A stretch of 63,016 bases of DNA, the filler included, from Reticulomyxa filosa (lineage: Eukaryota; Protista; Foraminifera): the NCBI GenBank assembly GCA_000512085.1. It is 18 parts of 18 records of this genome, joined end to end, with 100 filler letters (N's around TTAATTAATTAA, not from the genome) between each part and the next. Parts side by side here need not be neighbours in the genome. Positions count along the whole stretch, not along the records: positions 1 to 7,352 come from ASPP01028263.1; positions 7,453 to 10,723 come from ASPP01035803.1; positions 10,824 to 14,679 come from ASPP01004520.1; 15 more parts are not named here. One strand, given 5' to 3'. Each line of letters starts with the position of its first letter. The first letter of the stretch is position 1. The notes under the pieces are model-generated. The model made no database searches, was not told where the DNA came from, and saw only the letters and a program-made list of their open reading frames with translations. Below, piece by piece: positions 1 through 11,076 of the stretch. The position numbers and the translations under genes were made by a program.

Positions 1-1
1 C

Positions 2-943
2 TCCAATGACATTCACACATGTACCATTCTCAGTCAAAACTGCAGTACCAGAGCCCAATGGAATAGGCAAAGTATGTTCAAACATCGTCCATTTGTCTTC
101 TTCAATAGAATATTTGTGCACTTTGTTTCCCCATTTTCCGAAATCCATTCCGCCAAAAAATAGTACATTATTGTCATTAACACGTACATATGCATAATCA
201 TTAAGATTTGCAATACTGTCACAAACAGACAAGCGATGGCCTTGAAATGTATTTCTGTCTTCATCATATTCAATTAACAATCCTGTCTTTTTACAAAATA
301 ACAGCATTTCATTCTTTTTTTGATTACTGTTTTCACGTCTGGAAATAAAACAAGGGTATTGAACATGATCGTCAACTAGAAAAGTACTACGATTAATATA
401 TTCAAAAGTATTCAAATTGAATACTGAAATATCTTTTGGAGGATGGGCAATAAACAATAAATGATTTTTACTTCCTCCAATTAACGACCTTGCTCCAGTG
501 TAGTCGTTTTGTCCTCTTTCCATTTGAATTGGATTGTTGCGTTCATCAACTAATGGTTTCCATTCATTGAAAGCCCTATTTGCAATGACATTCCAATTCC
601 CATCATCATCCCAAACACTCTTGTAATACATTCGCAATATATTTTTGTCTCTATTACTCTTGCCACCAAAAGATAACAAAGTGATATCATTTAATATTTT
701 ATCGTTGTTATTGCGCACATCTGCCACCACACAGCGCACATCTGTCACACAGTGCACATCCATTTTGGTATAGGAACAAATTGATTTGTACTGCTTTCTA
801 ATCATATTGTATGAAAAGCATTCGCTTTCTGGGTCGCTTCCACAAAGCAGCAATTCTTTTTTGTACACCACGCATTGACTACGACGTAGTGAAACTGGCA
901 AAGAAGGCAATGTTTTAAATCTAGTGACAGTTTGCTTTGCCAT
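2..943 (-). CDS. Kelch-like beta-propeller protein, 3' end runs off the window (absent from the ORF track)
   Basis: Manual translation from ATG 943 gives 314 open codons: MAKQTVTRFKTLPSLPVSLRRSQCVVYKKELLLCGS...ITLLSFGG...RSLIGGSKNHLLF...VLFFGG...VHKYSIEEDKWTMFEHTLPIPL. Repeated hydrophobic-GG...Y...W...LP motifs are kelch-like. Confidence 0.8.
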   Translation of the reverse strand, partial: MAKQTVTRFKTLPSLPVSLRRSQCVVYKKELLLCGSDPESECFSYNMIRKQYKSICSYTKMDVHCVTDVRCVVADVRNNNDKILNDITLLSFGGKSNRDKNILRMYYKSVWDDDGNWNVIANRAFNEWKPLVDERNNPIQMERGQNDYTGARSLIGGSKNHLLFIAHPPKDISVFNLNTFEYINRSTFLVDDHVQYPCFISRRENSNQKKNEMLLFCKKTGLLIEYDEDRNTFQGHRLSVCDSIANLNDYAYVRVNDNNVLFFGGMDFGKWGNKVHKYSIEEDKWTMFEHTLPIPLGSGTAVLTENGTCVNVIG

Positions 944-1688
944 AGTTGTTGGTAACGTCAAAACCTTTGGCAATTTTTTAAGTAAATGAAAACAAAAAAA
1001 AAAACAAACGGTTTTTGGAAAAACAGAGCCAAAGGGAATCAACAGTCATTGTAGTTTATTATCTGTGATTATTTTTTAATTGAAGCAATAATTGAACAAT
1101 TACAAGAAATTTATCAAACAAAACAGATCATCAACATTGAAGAATCAATCCTTTCACATTTAAAAACAGATATATGAGATGATTTATTGAATAATTGTGC
1201 ATGCAAACAACAATTTATTTTTTTTTCCAAATCCAATCTTTTGGAAAATAAAAATATTTTCTGGAAAATTCGTTGTATTTCCATCTTTCAGGGACGACTA
1301 ATGTTTATATATTCGTACATATTCGAGAGAGTGAGCCTATTTTACATTGTATTTGTAATGTATTACAAATACAAATTTCTGTCGCAAGAATGCAATATCT
1401 TCCAACATCCAGACCGTTTTTAGAACGTTTTTAAGGAGGTTGGATTTATTGTCATTGTATTAATGAGTTACTTCTTCATTATAGCTGAACACAAAATATT
1501 TTTTTCTACAATAAAGAGGACATCATTTTAGTTGAATTTGCTATATTTTTTCTCTTTTTTAAATAGTTAAAATAAAGTGTAATTTCGTAAATCACGAGTA
1601 AGGAAATTCGCCTAAACTACAAAAAACAAACTAGTTTTAATAAAGTTCAAAGGGGAGGAGAAACGTTTTTGATTTCCCTTGTGCAGAC

Positions 1689-4600
1689 ATGACTAAAGCA
1701 ACTGACGCAACAAAACAAAAATTGAAAGACTATTACAAGTCACAAGACGAGCTGATTCCATTATTTGATGACCACCAACAATCAATTGCCAATTGTTATA
1801 TTCGATTGGTTCTTTTGACTCAGCAACAGTTTCAAAAAAGAAAAGACAAAATAACAAATAAAAGCAATGAAGAAAGTGAAAAATGGCCGAACACGTTGGA
1901 CTATTCATTATTTTATGGTGGTGAACAAGAGACAACAGAATTAGAAGATATTTGGGGAATAAAAACAGAAACAGGTAGATTAAAAATACGTTATATTAGT
2001 ATCCATGGAGAAGCAGGGACTGGAAAAAGTGTATTGACACAAAGGATTGCATGGCTATGGATAAAAAAACAAATGTGGCGTGATCATTTTCAATTGTTGT
2101 TGCATATTCCTTTAAGAAAGATTGCCAATATTTTTGACAACACTTTAGATGAAAAGGATAATGTTATTGAAATGCAATGGTCAAAAATAATGGGTGAATT
2201 AAATATTCCGCGATGGAACACAAATGATACAAAATATATCGTACACGCAAAGGATGGATTGTTGTTAGTGTTGGATGGATTTGATGAAATTGCAAATGAA
2301 TTGAATTCAAAACCAGGTTTGAAACATTGGTTGAAACGTTGCACTAAAAACACAAACTATTCGATTATTATCACAAGTCGTCCCAATTCAATATGTTCGT
2401 ACTTGGATGTTGGATAGGATTGAAACATGGACAAGCTATCATTCTTTGCGAAATGCAAGAAAAACATTGGAATGGATTAACAAAAAATATCTACGCAAAT
2501 GTATTGCAATTCCATCTCAATGGTCTCGAATTCATTCATTTGGATTTTTACAAGGACAGGAATCTATGAGTCCATCACACCCAACTAATCCAGTGTATTT
2601 CCCTCATTTGACATTTCAAGAATAGTTTGCTGCTTATTGTTTGGAGCATTGTTTATATGAACCAATTGAATCAAATGAAGTATGTCATGTTTTGATTAAT
2701 GAGCAACTCACTCCCAAATATTCAGTGAGCAGACACAGTTGGGACAATAGCACTAAGGATGAGTGAAACACAAATGGATGATATTTTCAAAGTATTATGG
2801 AAGGGATTCGATAATCGAAATAAATTTGTCCATGAAACATGTGCCAAATTGATTGCAAAAATATTGTGCAATATGAACGAGAGGCAATTGAGTAATACTT
2901 TTGAATGTTTGATGAACAAATTTGATAAAACAAAGACTAGTATACATTTGACAAAATCCAACAAAAAGATAACGTATCATTATTTAAAAGATACAATGTC
3001 TCAATTTGATAACTCAAGACGACAATTCTTACTAAGGGGGCATTCAGGAGTCCCTGAACCTGTGCACGCATATGAAAATAAAGACAGTGTTAAAGATGAA
3101 TGCCTGCATTGGTCATCTGCAAGATTACTTGCAATAATCTCAATGAAATTGAATACAAATCAATTTTGCATACTTTTTCAACATTTGATAAACGGATTGC
3201 AAGATAAACAAAAAATTGTTCGTCTGCGTTATGTGTTATTGCTTGAAAAAATTGTAATGACGTCAGGTCAAGAACAATTAAATGTTACATTTAAACGTTT
3301 AACCAATGAACTAATTTGCAATAAGAACAAAAGTAGAAATTGGCTATATAAAAAATTATATACAGAAACTTTAGTCCGATTGAATGATATACACTCAGAT
3401 ACAGCTTTCGAGTATTTAATGAAGGGTTTGAAACATAAGAGATCACGTGTTCGCAAATTGTATGTTGTTGCCTTATTAACAATAATACCAATAAAATGGA
3501 ATCAAACACAATTGGACAATCTCGTTGCATATTTGATACAGAATGAACACAAATACAAGAATAAAAATGTTCGCTATTCATGTGCAGAATCACTTGGGAG
3601 GATATCAACGAGATTGAATGAAAAACAATTGAGTGCTGTTTGTGACTATTTAAAGGAAAGATTAAATGATAAAAATGAAGATATATTGGTTCGTATGTCG
3701 TGTGCAGAATCCCTGGGAAGAATAGCAATGAAATTGGATTCACAACAATTTAAAAACATTGTTGAATGTCTGATGAATGGAATAAATGATGACAAAGAAA
3801 ACCCATTTGTGCAGAAATATTGCACATATTCACTGGAAAGAGTCTTACCAAAAATGAATGAAAGGGAAAGGAAAGCGTTGATGGAATACAAAAAAAAACA
3901 AGTGAATTGTTTGATTAAAGGACTCAAAGATGAAGACAAAAATAGTTGTTATTATTCTGTAACATCGCTTGCAAATTTCTTGACAAGATTAAATAAAAGA
4001 CAATTGAACAATCGTTTCTATTTTAAAAAAATAGCATTGCACATAGATGATTTGCTTCACTGTTTTAATAAAGGAATCGAGCACAAAGATTATCATATCC
4101 GACATTCATGTGAAATAATATTTAAAATAATATTACCAGAACTCAATGAAATACAATTGACTAATTTGCTTGCTTGGTTAAAAAATGGATTCAATAAAGC
4201 TTATGAAATTAGATATTTATGTGAAAACCTTCTTACAGCAATATCATCAAAATCGAATAAACAACACATTTGCAACATGTTCGAATCTTTGATAAATGGA
4301 TTCAATAACAAAGATGGTAGCATTTATCAAGCATGTATGGGTGGACTTCAAACAATAACTTCGAAATTAAATGAAACACAATTGGATAGTATGCTTGATT
4401 ATTTAAAAAAGGGATTCCATAGTGGAATTAATAAGGCTGGACATTCATGCATACAAATACTCGAAATTATATCACCGAGATTGATTAAGCGACAAGTTAA
4501 GATGCATTCGAATTTTTAATAAATGGACTTAATGATGGAGATCTTGGCATTTTCGGATTATGTGCAGATGGACTTCAAAAGATAGCACCAAAATTGGATG

Positions 4601-6663
4601 GACAACAATTGAGCAAATTGATTCAATGTTTACAAAAAAGACTCAATGATATAGATAATATTAAATATTCGTGTTTATATATCGAGACAATGGCGTCCAA
4701 TTTGCATGACCAACAACTGAACGACACAGTCAAATGTTTAAAATATGGGATCGATAGTAAAGATAATGCTGTTCAATCTTCCTTTGGACATATACTTCAA
4801 GAAATATTCAAAAAATTGGATAAACAACATCTGAACACGTCAGACCATTCTATCTATTCATGGGTAACTGTATTTTCAATCATTGCAATGAGATTAAATG
4901 ACGAGCAATTTTGTTCTTTGCTAAATGATCTTTTACAAAGATTGGCAAATAAAAACGCAAATTCAGTGTTGTCAGCCATTTCAGAAGATATATGGAGACG
5001 TGCTACTATTATCACCTTAAAAGAGAACAAACCAAAAAAAATGAGAAAAAACAACATTGAAATAGAATCGCTGGCATTTGGTTTGTCGCAATGCAATCCT
5101 TGTATTTACTTTGATTATAATGATACAAACAGCAATCTTGTCAACTCTGATGCTTTCGATGAATTAAAACGCTGTTATGATAGACAAGCCAAAAAGTGGG
5201 GTCTTCCAACTCAACAAAAATGGGATGGTTATGATACTCCAGAAATTAAATTGAAATTACAGCGTTCAAACAATAACGTACAAAAAGATCGCTATAGCGC
5301 CATTCATGAAGCAGCAAAATTAGGTGATATACCACAGTTGAAGTTAGCTCTAAAATGTCGTATTGACATCAATGAATTCAATGAACATGGACAAACTCCA
5401 TTGCATGTGGCAATACACAATAAACAATGGGATGCTGCTCGTTATTGCATTGAAAAATATGCATGGATAGATGTCAGAGAGAGTGCATTAAATGGGGACA
5501 CCTCGCAAACTCCTTTTGAACATGTCATTGAACTGATGAAGAAAGCAGATTATGAAAAAGATAAAAAAAAATATTTAGAAATGTGTAAATTCATATTGAA
5601 AAAACGGACAATATATCCAATGAACCAAATTGAATATGCGATTGATTATGTCAAAGATAAATTAGTTAATGAAGACGGTGTCCGTAAATTCATTGATGAC
5701 GAAAGTTATCAGACATTGTTACAAGAAGGTGCAACTTTTCTATTGGGTGTAAATTTTGGACAATTGCAACAACTGTTAACCAATAACAGTCAATTTTATT
5801 GGGCAACTCGCCAAAATATTCTATCCATCAAAGCTGAAAATTCAGACAGAAAAGAATTTGATGAGGGGTGGTATGTAAAAGAATTTCTGGAGTATCGAAT
5901 ATTTTTGTTGTTTGAAATATGTGTCCGATTGAAACGAGAAGGAAGAAGTTTCATTGGATTACCAAAAGATACAACGTTTGAACAAGCATATGAAAAAGGA
6001 ATAAAAGAATTGCAAGTGCAATTGACAACTTATTGGGATTACATCACAGCAATGAAAGTTCATTTCGTATGTCCAACATTGCTTGGTAATTGGAGTTGGA
6101 ATGTGGTAGATCGTTTGGTGAATTTAAAACCAAATAATAAGTGTTGTGAAATGAGTTTAGTGGTTGGCCATAAAGATCATTCCATTTATTTGAGTTTGTG
6201 TAAAACATCGACTCATATTTTGATTCGGATTGACAATCGATGGATGGAAACTATTCCATCTGATACTCATCCAAGTAAAATTGTATCGACAAATGACAAG
6301 AATTGCACATTAATCCAGCCTTATTTGGTCGCATACTTTTTATGTAATAGCACAAATGTTGATCAACATAAGGAATGGTTGCAAAATTATATCAAATGTG
6401 CATTTCGATGGAGAAAGCGTAAAAGTAAGAAAAGTATGGCACATTTGTATTGTCAATCATCGTGTAATATTCCTCCTCGTGAGGGGAATTTGTTATCAAT
6501 TGTAAAGAATTGGCCGTATTTTTCTGTTCAAACTGATGCAAATAACTGCTATTTGCGAAATCACAATGTTGGATATCGAATTCGTTTGGGTAATGACGTT
6601 TATTATTGGATTTATAATCAAGAAGGTAAGAGTTTTGTGTTCAATAGAGATGTTCCAAAATAA
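1689..6663 (+). pseudogene. NLR-like gene: NACHT NTPase - HEAT/ARM repeats - ankyrin repeats - C-terminal globular domain; disrupted
   Basis: Walker A GEAGTGKS (2007-2030), Walker B LLLVLDGFDE, sensor IIITSRP, winged-helix motif YFPHLTFQE*FAA with TAG at 2623-2625. HEAT-like repeats (VRYSCAESLGRI, VRMSCAESLGRI) in 2759-4519. Frameshift at about 4498-4500 into the 4594-6663 ORF, which has ankyrin motifs (AIHEAAKLG, GQTPLHVAI). Apparent internal deletions near 2410 and 2727. Confidence 0.8.
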
Positions 6664-7352
6664 GATGAATGGACAAAAGGAAACCAAAGAAGTCGGCAAA
6701 AGGGTCCTGTCAAATCAAAAAACACAAAAACAGTGGCAAGGCAAGGCCTTACGACATACTAGCAAATCTCCAAGAGTACCATGGAATACTTTTCCACTTG
6801 CCTTCCAGACAACTTTTTCTTTTTTGTTTGTTTATTTAGTCATTTTCGCTTCTAAAGGTATTAATTTTGCAAATACAATAGAATGCGAAAGAAATTTGAC
6901 ACCTAAAATGGTATCTTATATAGATAATTGATTTTCTTCACAAAGAAACAATATCCAGACCTAATTTTTTTTAGAATTTAAATGTTTTATTGTTTTTGAA
7001 ATTTTTGAGAAAAGTTTACAATCGTGCATGTATCATAACCACGAAATTTCCAACTTTTTTAAAGCATTTTCAAAAAATGTTCCATCATAAATATTTTGCA
7101 TAAAAATAACAAGTTTTCGCAATGAAAACGAATAATAAAAATTTGTTGAAAAATGAATTAAAAGCAAATAAATTTTAAAGATGTTATAATTTAAACGAAG
7201 ATTTAAATTTTTCAAATTAGGAAAGATAATTATTACAAGAATCAAAAATAGGAGAATACACAAGAATTTTTTTGATCATGCAAAAACTAATCCTTTTCAA
7301 AAAAAGTATTTTTATTGATTTCTCATTCTCCTTGTTAACAAAAAATTCACTC

Positions 7353-7452
7353 NNNNNNNNNNNNNNNNNNNNNNNNNNNNNNNNNNNNNNNNNNNNTTAA
7401 TTAATTAANNNNNNNNNNNNNNNNNNNNNNNNNNNNNNNNNNNNNNNNNNNN
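7353..7452. other. Artificial contig linker N44-TTAATTAATTAA-N44 (first of 17)
   Basis: Identical 100-nt linkers start at 7353, 10724, 14680, 16044, 24861, 28803, 34007, 35341, 37923, 42331, 45253, 46360, 53014, 54338, 55654, 58001 and 61073. Confidence 0.99.
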
Positions 7453-9604
7453 TAAACTTCGAACTCAGTAAAACAGGCTTGTATATGTGCGAATTTATCC
7501 AACTGGATCTTTAATTCATTCGGATTATCAGTGTTATTCCATATGCTATTAGCCAACATAGTAACTTGATCAGTTAAATTTTGGGATAATGAGTTGCTGC
7601 TTACTGTATCTGTCAGGTGTACTCGTAATTCATCCGCCTCATGAAACTTATCAATAGTTTGTTTGTAAAGCATAACATCTTCTTTGCTAATATTATGTGC
7701 AGAGATCATACATTTATTAAACGAACATTTACTTTCTTCACATTTTTCGTTCCACTCTCGAGTTAAATGAGTTACGCATTCTTTGTACTGCACTCCAATT
7801 AAGTTATTCCTTAACACTAAGTTTAATTCTACGAGTTCGTCCAGTTTGATTTTAGCAATTTGGAAATTATTATTTTTAAAAGCAGATATAATGTTGGATT
7901 TGTGTTGTTGCACTTGAAGATTTACCGCTTTTTCAGATTTGTTTGTGAGAAAGAGTTGAAATACGTCCTGAGGATTTTTTATAAAATGTTTGATATCACA
8001 AAATTTTTCTAACAATTCGGTAGGATCGTCTTGCAATATGTCCGGTGCGAGTACCTCTTTCTTGGTCTTTTTGTGAATATCTTTTAAAATGAATTGGTAT
8101 CCTTGATCCTCATCGTCTTTGACTGACTCGTATGCATTTTGTGCTTTCTTAGGGATAGATTTCTTGTCACGTTCATGGAATTTGTTGAATATATAAGAAA
8201 AGGCACTGGTATAATCTTCAATGGATGGAATAATGCTTATCAAAGTGCGAGCTAATTCTTTGACGCAACTCAGGCGATAGCCTAAAGCTTCCGCGCTGAT
8301 CACTACAACAGGTTTGACACGCTTGCAATGTTGGAGTGCTCGTATGATGCCAATGCCATTGGCAACATCGACTTCGGGGCCATTGGTATCTTCAAATCCA
8401 GGAGTATCACAAAGTACAACTGTTTTCATTTCTGTAGTCACGCCCATTTTTTTTAGATTAATAGGAACCGCGGTGATGTATTGGGTTGCCGACTCTGCAT
8501 CTGCACTGGTCACAATATCAGATAAAGCTTTGCTTTTGATTTTAGTAGGTACAATGTGAGATTGTCCATCTACTATTTCTTCTTTCAATTCCGATCCTGC
8601 AAGGAAGTGAATTAATGTTGATTTCCCGGTGCCAGTGCCTCCAAGAAATAATATCACGTCTTTGTCTTTTATTGCTTTTGCTGCTTCATCTGCTTTTTTT
8701 GTCAACTCTAACATTTTTGCAATGTCAAAATATTTTTTTTCTGTTGTATTTGAGCCTTCTTCTTTTCCTTCTTCTTCTTCTTCTTCTTTTTTTTTTTTTT
8801 GTTCGTTATCTATAATCTCGTCACTATTTTGAGAGGAAAACTTTCTTTCCTCTTGTTTTGTTTCTTCCATCTCATTGTCAATCACTTTTAATGACAGCCA
8901 ACATTTGTCCATATCATTGTATCGATCTTCCCACACTCTTTTTAAATCATCACCACTCCGAATCTCAGTTTTTTCCTCGTCATCTTGAAAAAAGCCATTC
9001 TCATTCGGTACCCCAAACTGTCCTTTTAAATCGCCAAAGTGCTCATCCCAATCTTCTCCGTCCAATTCATTACGAAAATTTGGAGTGTCTGATCGTTTTG
9101 GGCACCATGTCACTTTTTCAGCATTATTTATCATTGCTAGGCATCTCTATTTTTTTTAAAACGATATATACACTTTTGAATTTTTTTCTTTTTTGATTAC
9201 AAAAATTAACTATTTCAACTAACCAATTTTAACACACAAGATTTTTTCTTTTTATTTCCATTCAGTCTACTCATAAAGTCACGCAAATCGGCCCCATTGT
9301 CGACTTGCTTATAATCGCTTTTTACAAAAAGAAATGATGACTCATTTGACAATCCCAATTTTTTTTTAACATCATCTACAAAATTTTTCCAAATAGTCTC
9401 TAGCACATTGTTTGGACAATCATTATTTAAATTCGTTGACACAAAACGCGCTTTTAAATTTCCATACGCTTCCACGACAATCGACTTGCCCTTTTTGTTT
9501 TATTTGCGCACTCCAAGAGTAGCTCTAGTTTTTTTTTTGCGCTTCTCTTGTTTCAAAAAGTAAAAACAAATTGAAAAATAAACCGTCTTTTGCGTGCTTG
9601 CCAT
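7453..9604 (-). CDS. TRAFAC-class P-loop GTPase (AIG1/GIMAP/Era-like) with two N-terminal PB1/ubiquitin-like modules and a helical C-terminal region; 3' truncated
   Basis: Exons 9604-9584, 9490-9224 and 9146-7453 are joined in frame by GT-AG introns 9583-9491 and 9223-9147. G1 ILFLGGTGTGKST, G3 LCDTPGFEDT, G4-like IFNK. Confidence 0.8.
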
Positions 9605-10469
9605 AGATCTGTCCGTAGGTGCTGAAATAAAAATCGGGAAAAGAATGAAATAAAACCAAAAAACAAGGACTGGGTCGCTTAGTTTTCCTTCAGCAAGTTT
9701 TTTTTGCACAAAAAGGAAACACGTTTTTGCTTGCGACAATCGTTTGAATTGTTGGAAAATCAACACTTTCAAATATTAGTTATTTTTCAATTTGAAAATG
9801 TGAAAGAAAAAATTGAAAAGTCCATACATTTCAATGGGCTTGATATTTGTTGTTGTGATATCAGTCAAAAAGATAATGGACAACAATACAAAATATGAGT
9901 ATTTTTTGATAAGCAAACTTTGTCGTGGAGTGGACATCCAATTATATTTTTTGATTTAATGTGCTTTTATTTATTTTGATAGCACCATTTAGTTTGTAGA
10001 GCAACACCCTACTCACCTCGTCAAGTGTGAATCTTTTTGTTACCAAAACTTTTCCTTGTTTCTTCTTTTTAGTCTCGCGTTTCGTGGTTTATCTTTTTAT
10101 TAATTTACTTTTGTTTTATTGAAGACTCATTCCAGTAACAATTCTTTCGTATTACATTTAAATAGTCAGTTCCACAACTTCAAAAGACTCCCAAAACGAC
10201 ACTGAAAAATTTGCAATACTCATCCCGAAAAGGCATCTTTTTAAATAGTGAATATAAGTTATTTTAAAATATTTTTCTTCACTTTTTAAAAACACATGTT
10301 TTGAAAATTTTTAATTTAGCTTTAGATAGTTTTTGTCGAAATACGGCAGTTCCAATACTGTATTGTTTGTTTAATGATTTTTGTTTTCGTTCTCTATTGA
10401 AACAAAAAAAAGTTGAGTAGTGAGAAAATAACAAGAAAAGACGTTTGAAAATTCAAAAAATAAACAATG

Positions 10470-10721
10470 TCAATCCACATCATAAAGTAATTTGTCTGTT
10501 TCATCCCATTTTGCCCTGTCAAAAGACTGTGATCTATTGTTTTGCGGACTGCGCTGATTATTGTTGGTACTAGCAGAACTGGAAGAGCTATTGCCACCTT
10601 CCCTTTTCGGCTTCATTTTCAGTTTGCGTTTGAATTGTTTGCAGTTGTCACAGACGGTATAACTCTCCGAGTTTCTGCTGCGACAATGATGGCAAACCCA
10701 TCCTCCTGTCCTCCCCCCCGA
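10470..10721 (-). CDS. C-terminal fragment of a RanBP2-type zinc-finger protein (absent from the ORF track)
   Basis: SGGRTGGWVCHHCRSRNSESYTVCDNCKQ...LLYDVD* matches W-x-C-x2-C-x3-N-x6-C-x2-C exactly. Confidence 0.85.
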   Translation of the reverse strand, partial: SGGRTGGWVCHHCRSRNSESYTVCDNCKQFKRKLKMKPKREGGNSSSSSASTNNNQRSPQNNRSQSFDRAKWDETDKLLYDVD

Positions 10722-10823
10722 AANNNNNNNNNNNNNNNNNNNNNNNNNNNNNNNNNNNNNNNNNNNNTTAATTAATTAANNNNNNNNNNNNNNNNNNNNN
10801 NNNNNNNNNNNNNNNNNNNNNNN

Positions 10824-11076
10824 AGTGGCACTTTGCAAAGTATTTGCTTGGGGTTTGCGCTGGGATTACATGCTCTTTTTCATGATTATTGGCATCCTCG
10901 GCACTTTTGTTGGCCAAACTGCCTTAAATTATGCTTTGAAGCGCTATGGAAGACAAAGTCTGGTTGTGTTCTCTGTTCAAGCCATGATGGTACTGGCCAT
11001 TCTCATGATGGGTATCAAAGGGATTTTAGAAATGGTTCAAGGAGATAGTGACATGCGTTTTCAAAGTCCATGTTAA
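10824..11076 (+). CDS. Sulfite exporter TauE/SafE-family membrane protein, C-terminal fragment
   Basis: Two TM helices flanking GQTALNYALKRYGRQSLVVF and a terminal FQSPC, typical of eukaryotic TauE C-termini. Confidence 0.7.

Noticed and set aside
2623-2625. In-frame TAG as stop-codon reassignment
   Set aside because: Single case within an otherwise damaged region; long ORFs elsewhere lack internal TAG and the standard code translates them well.
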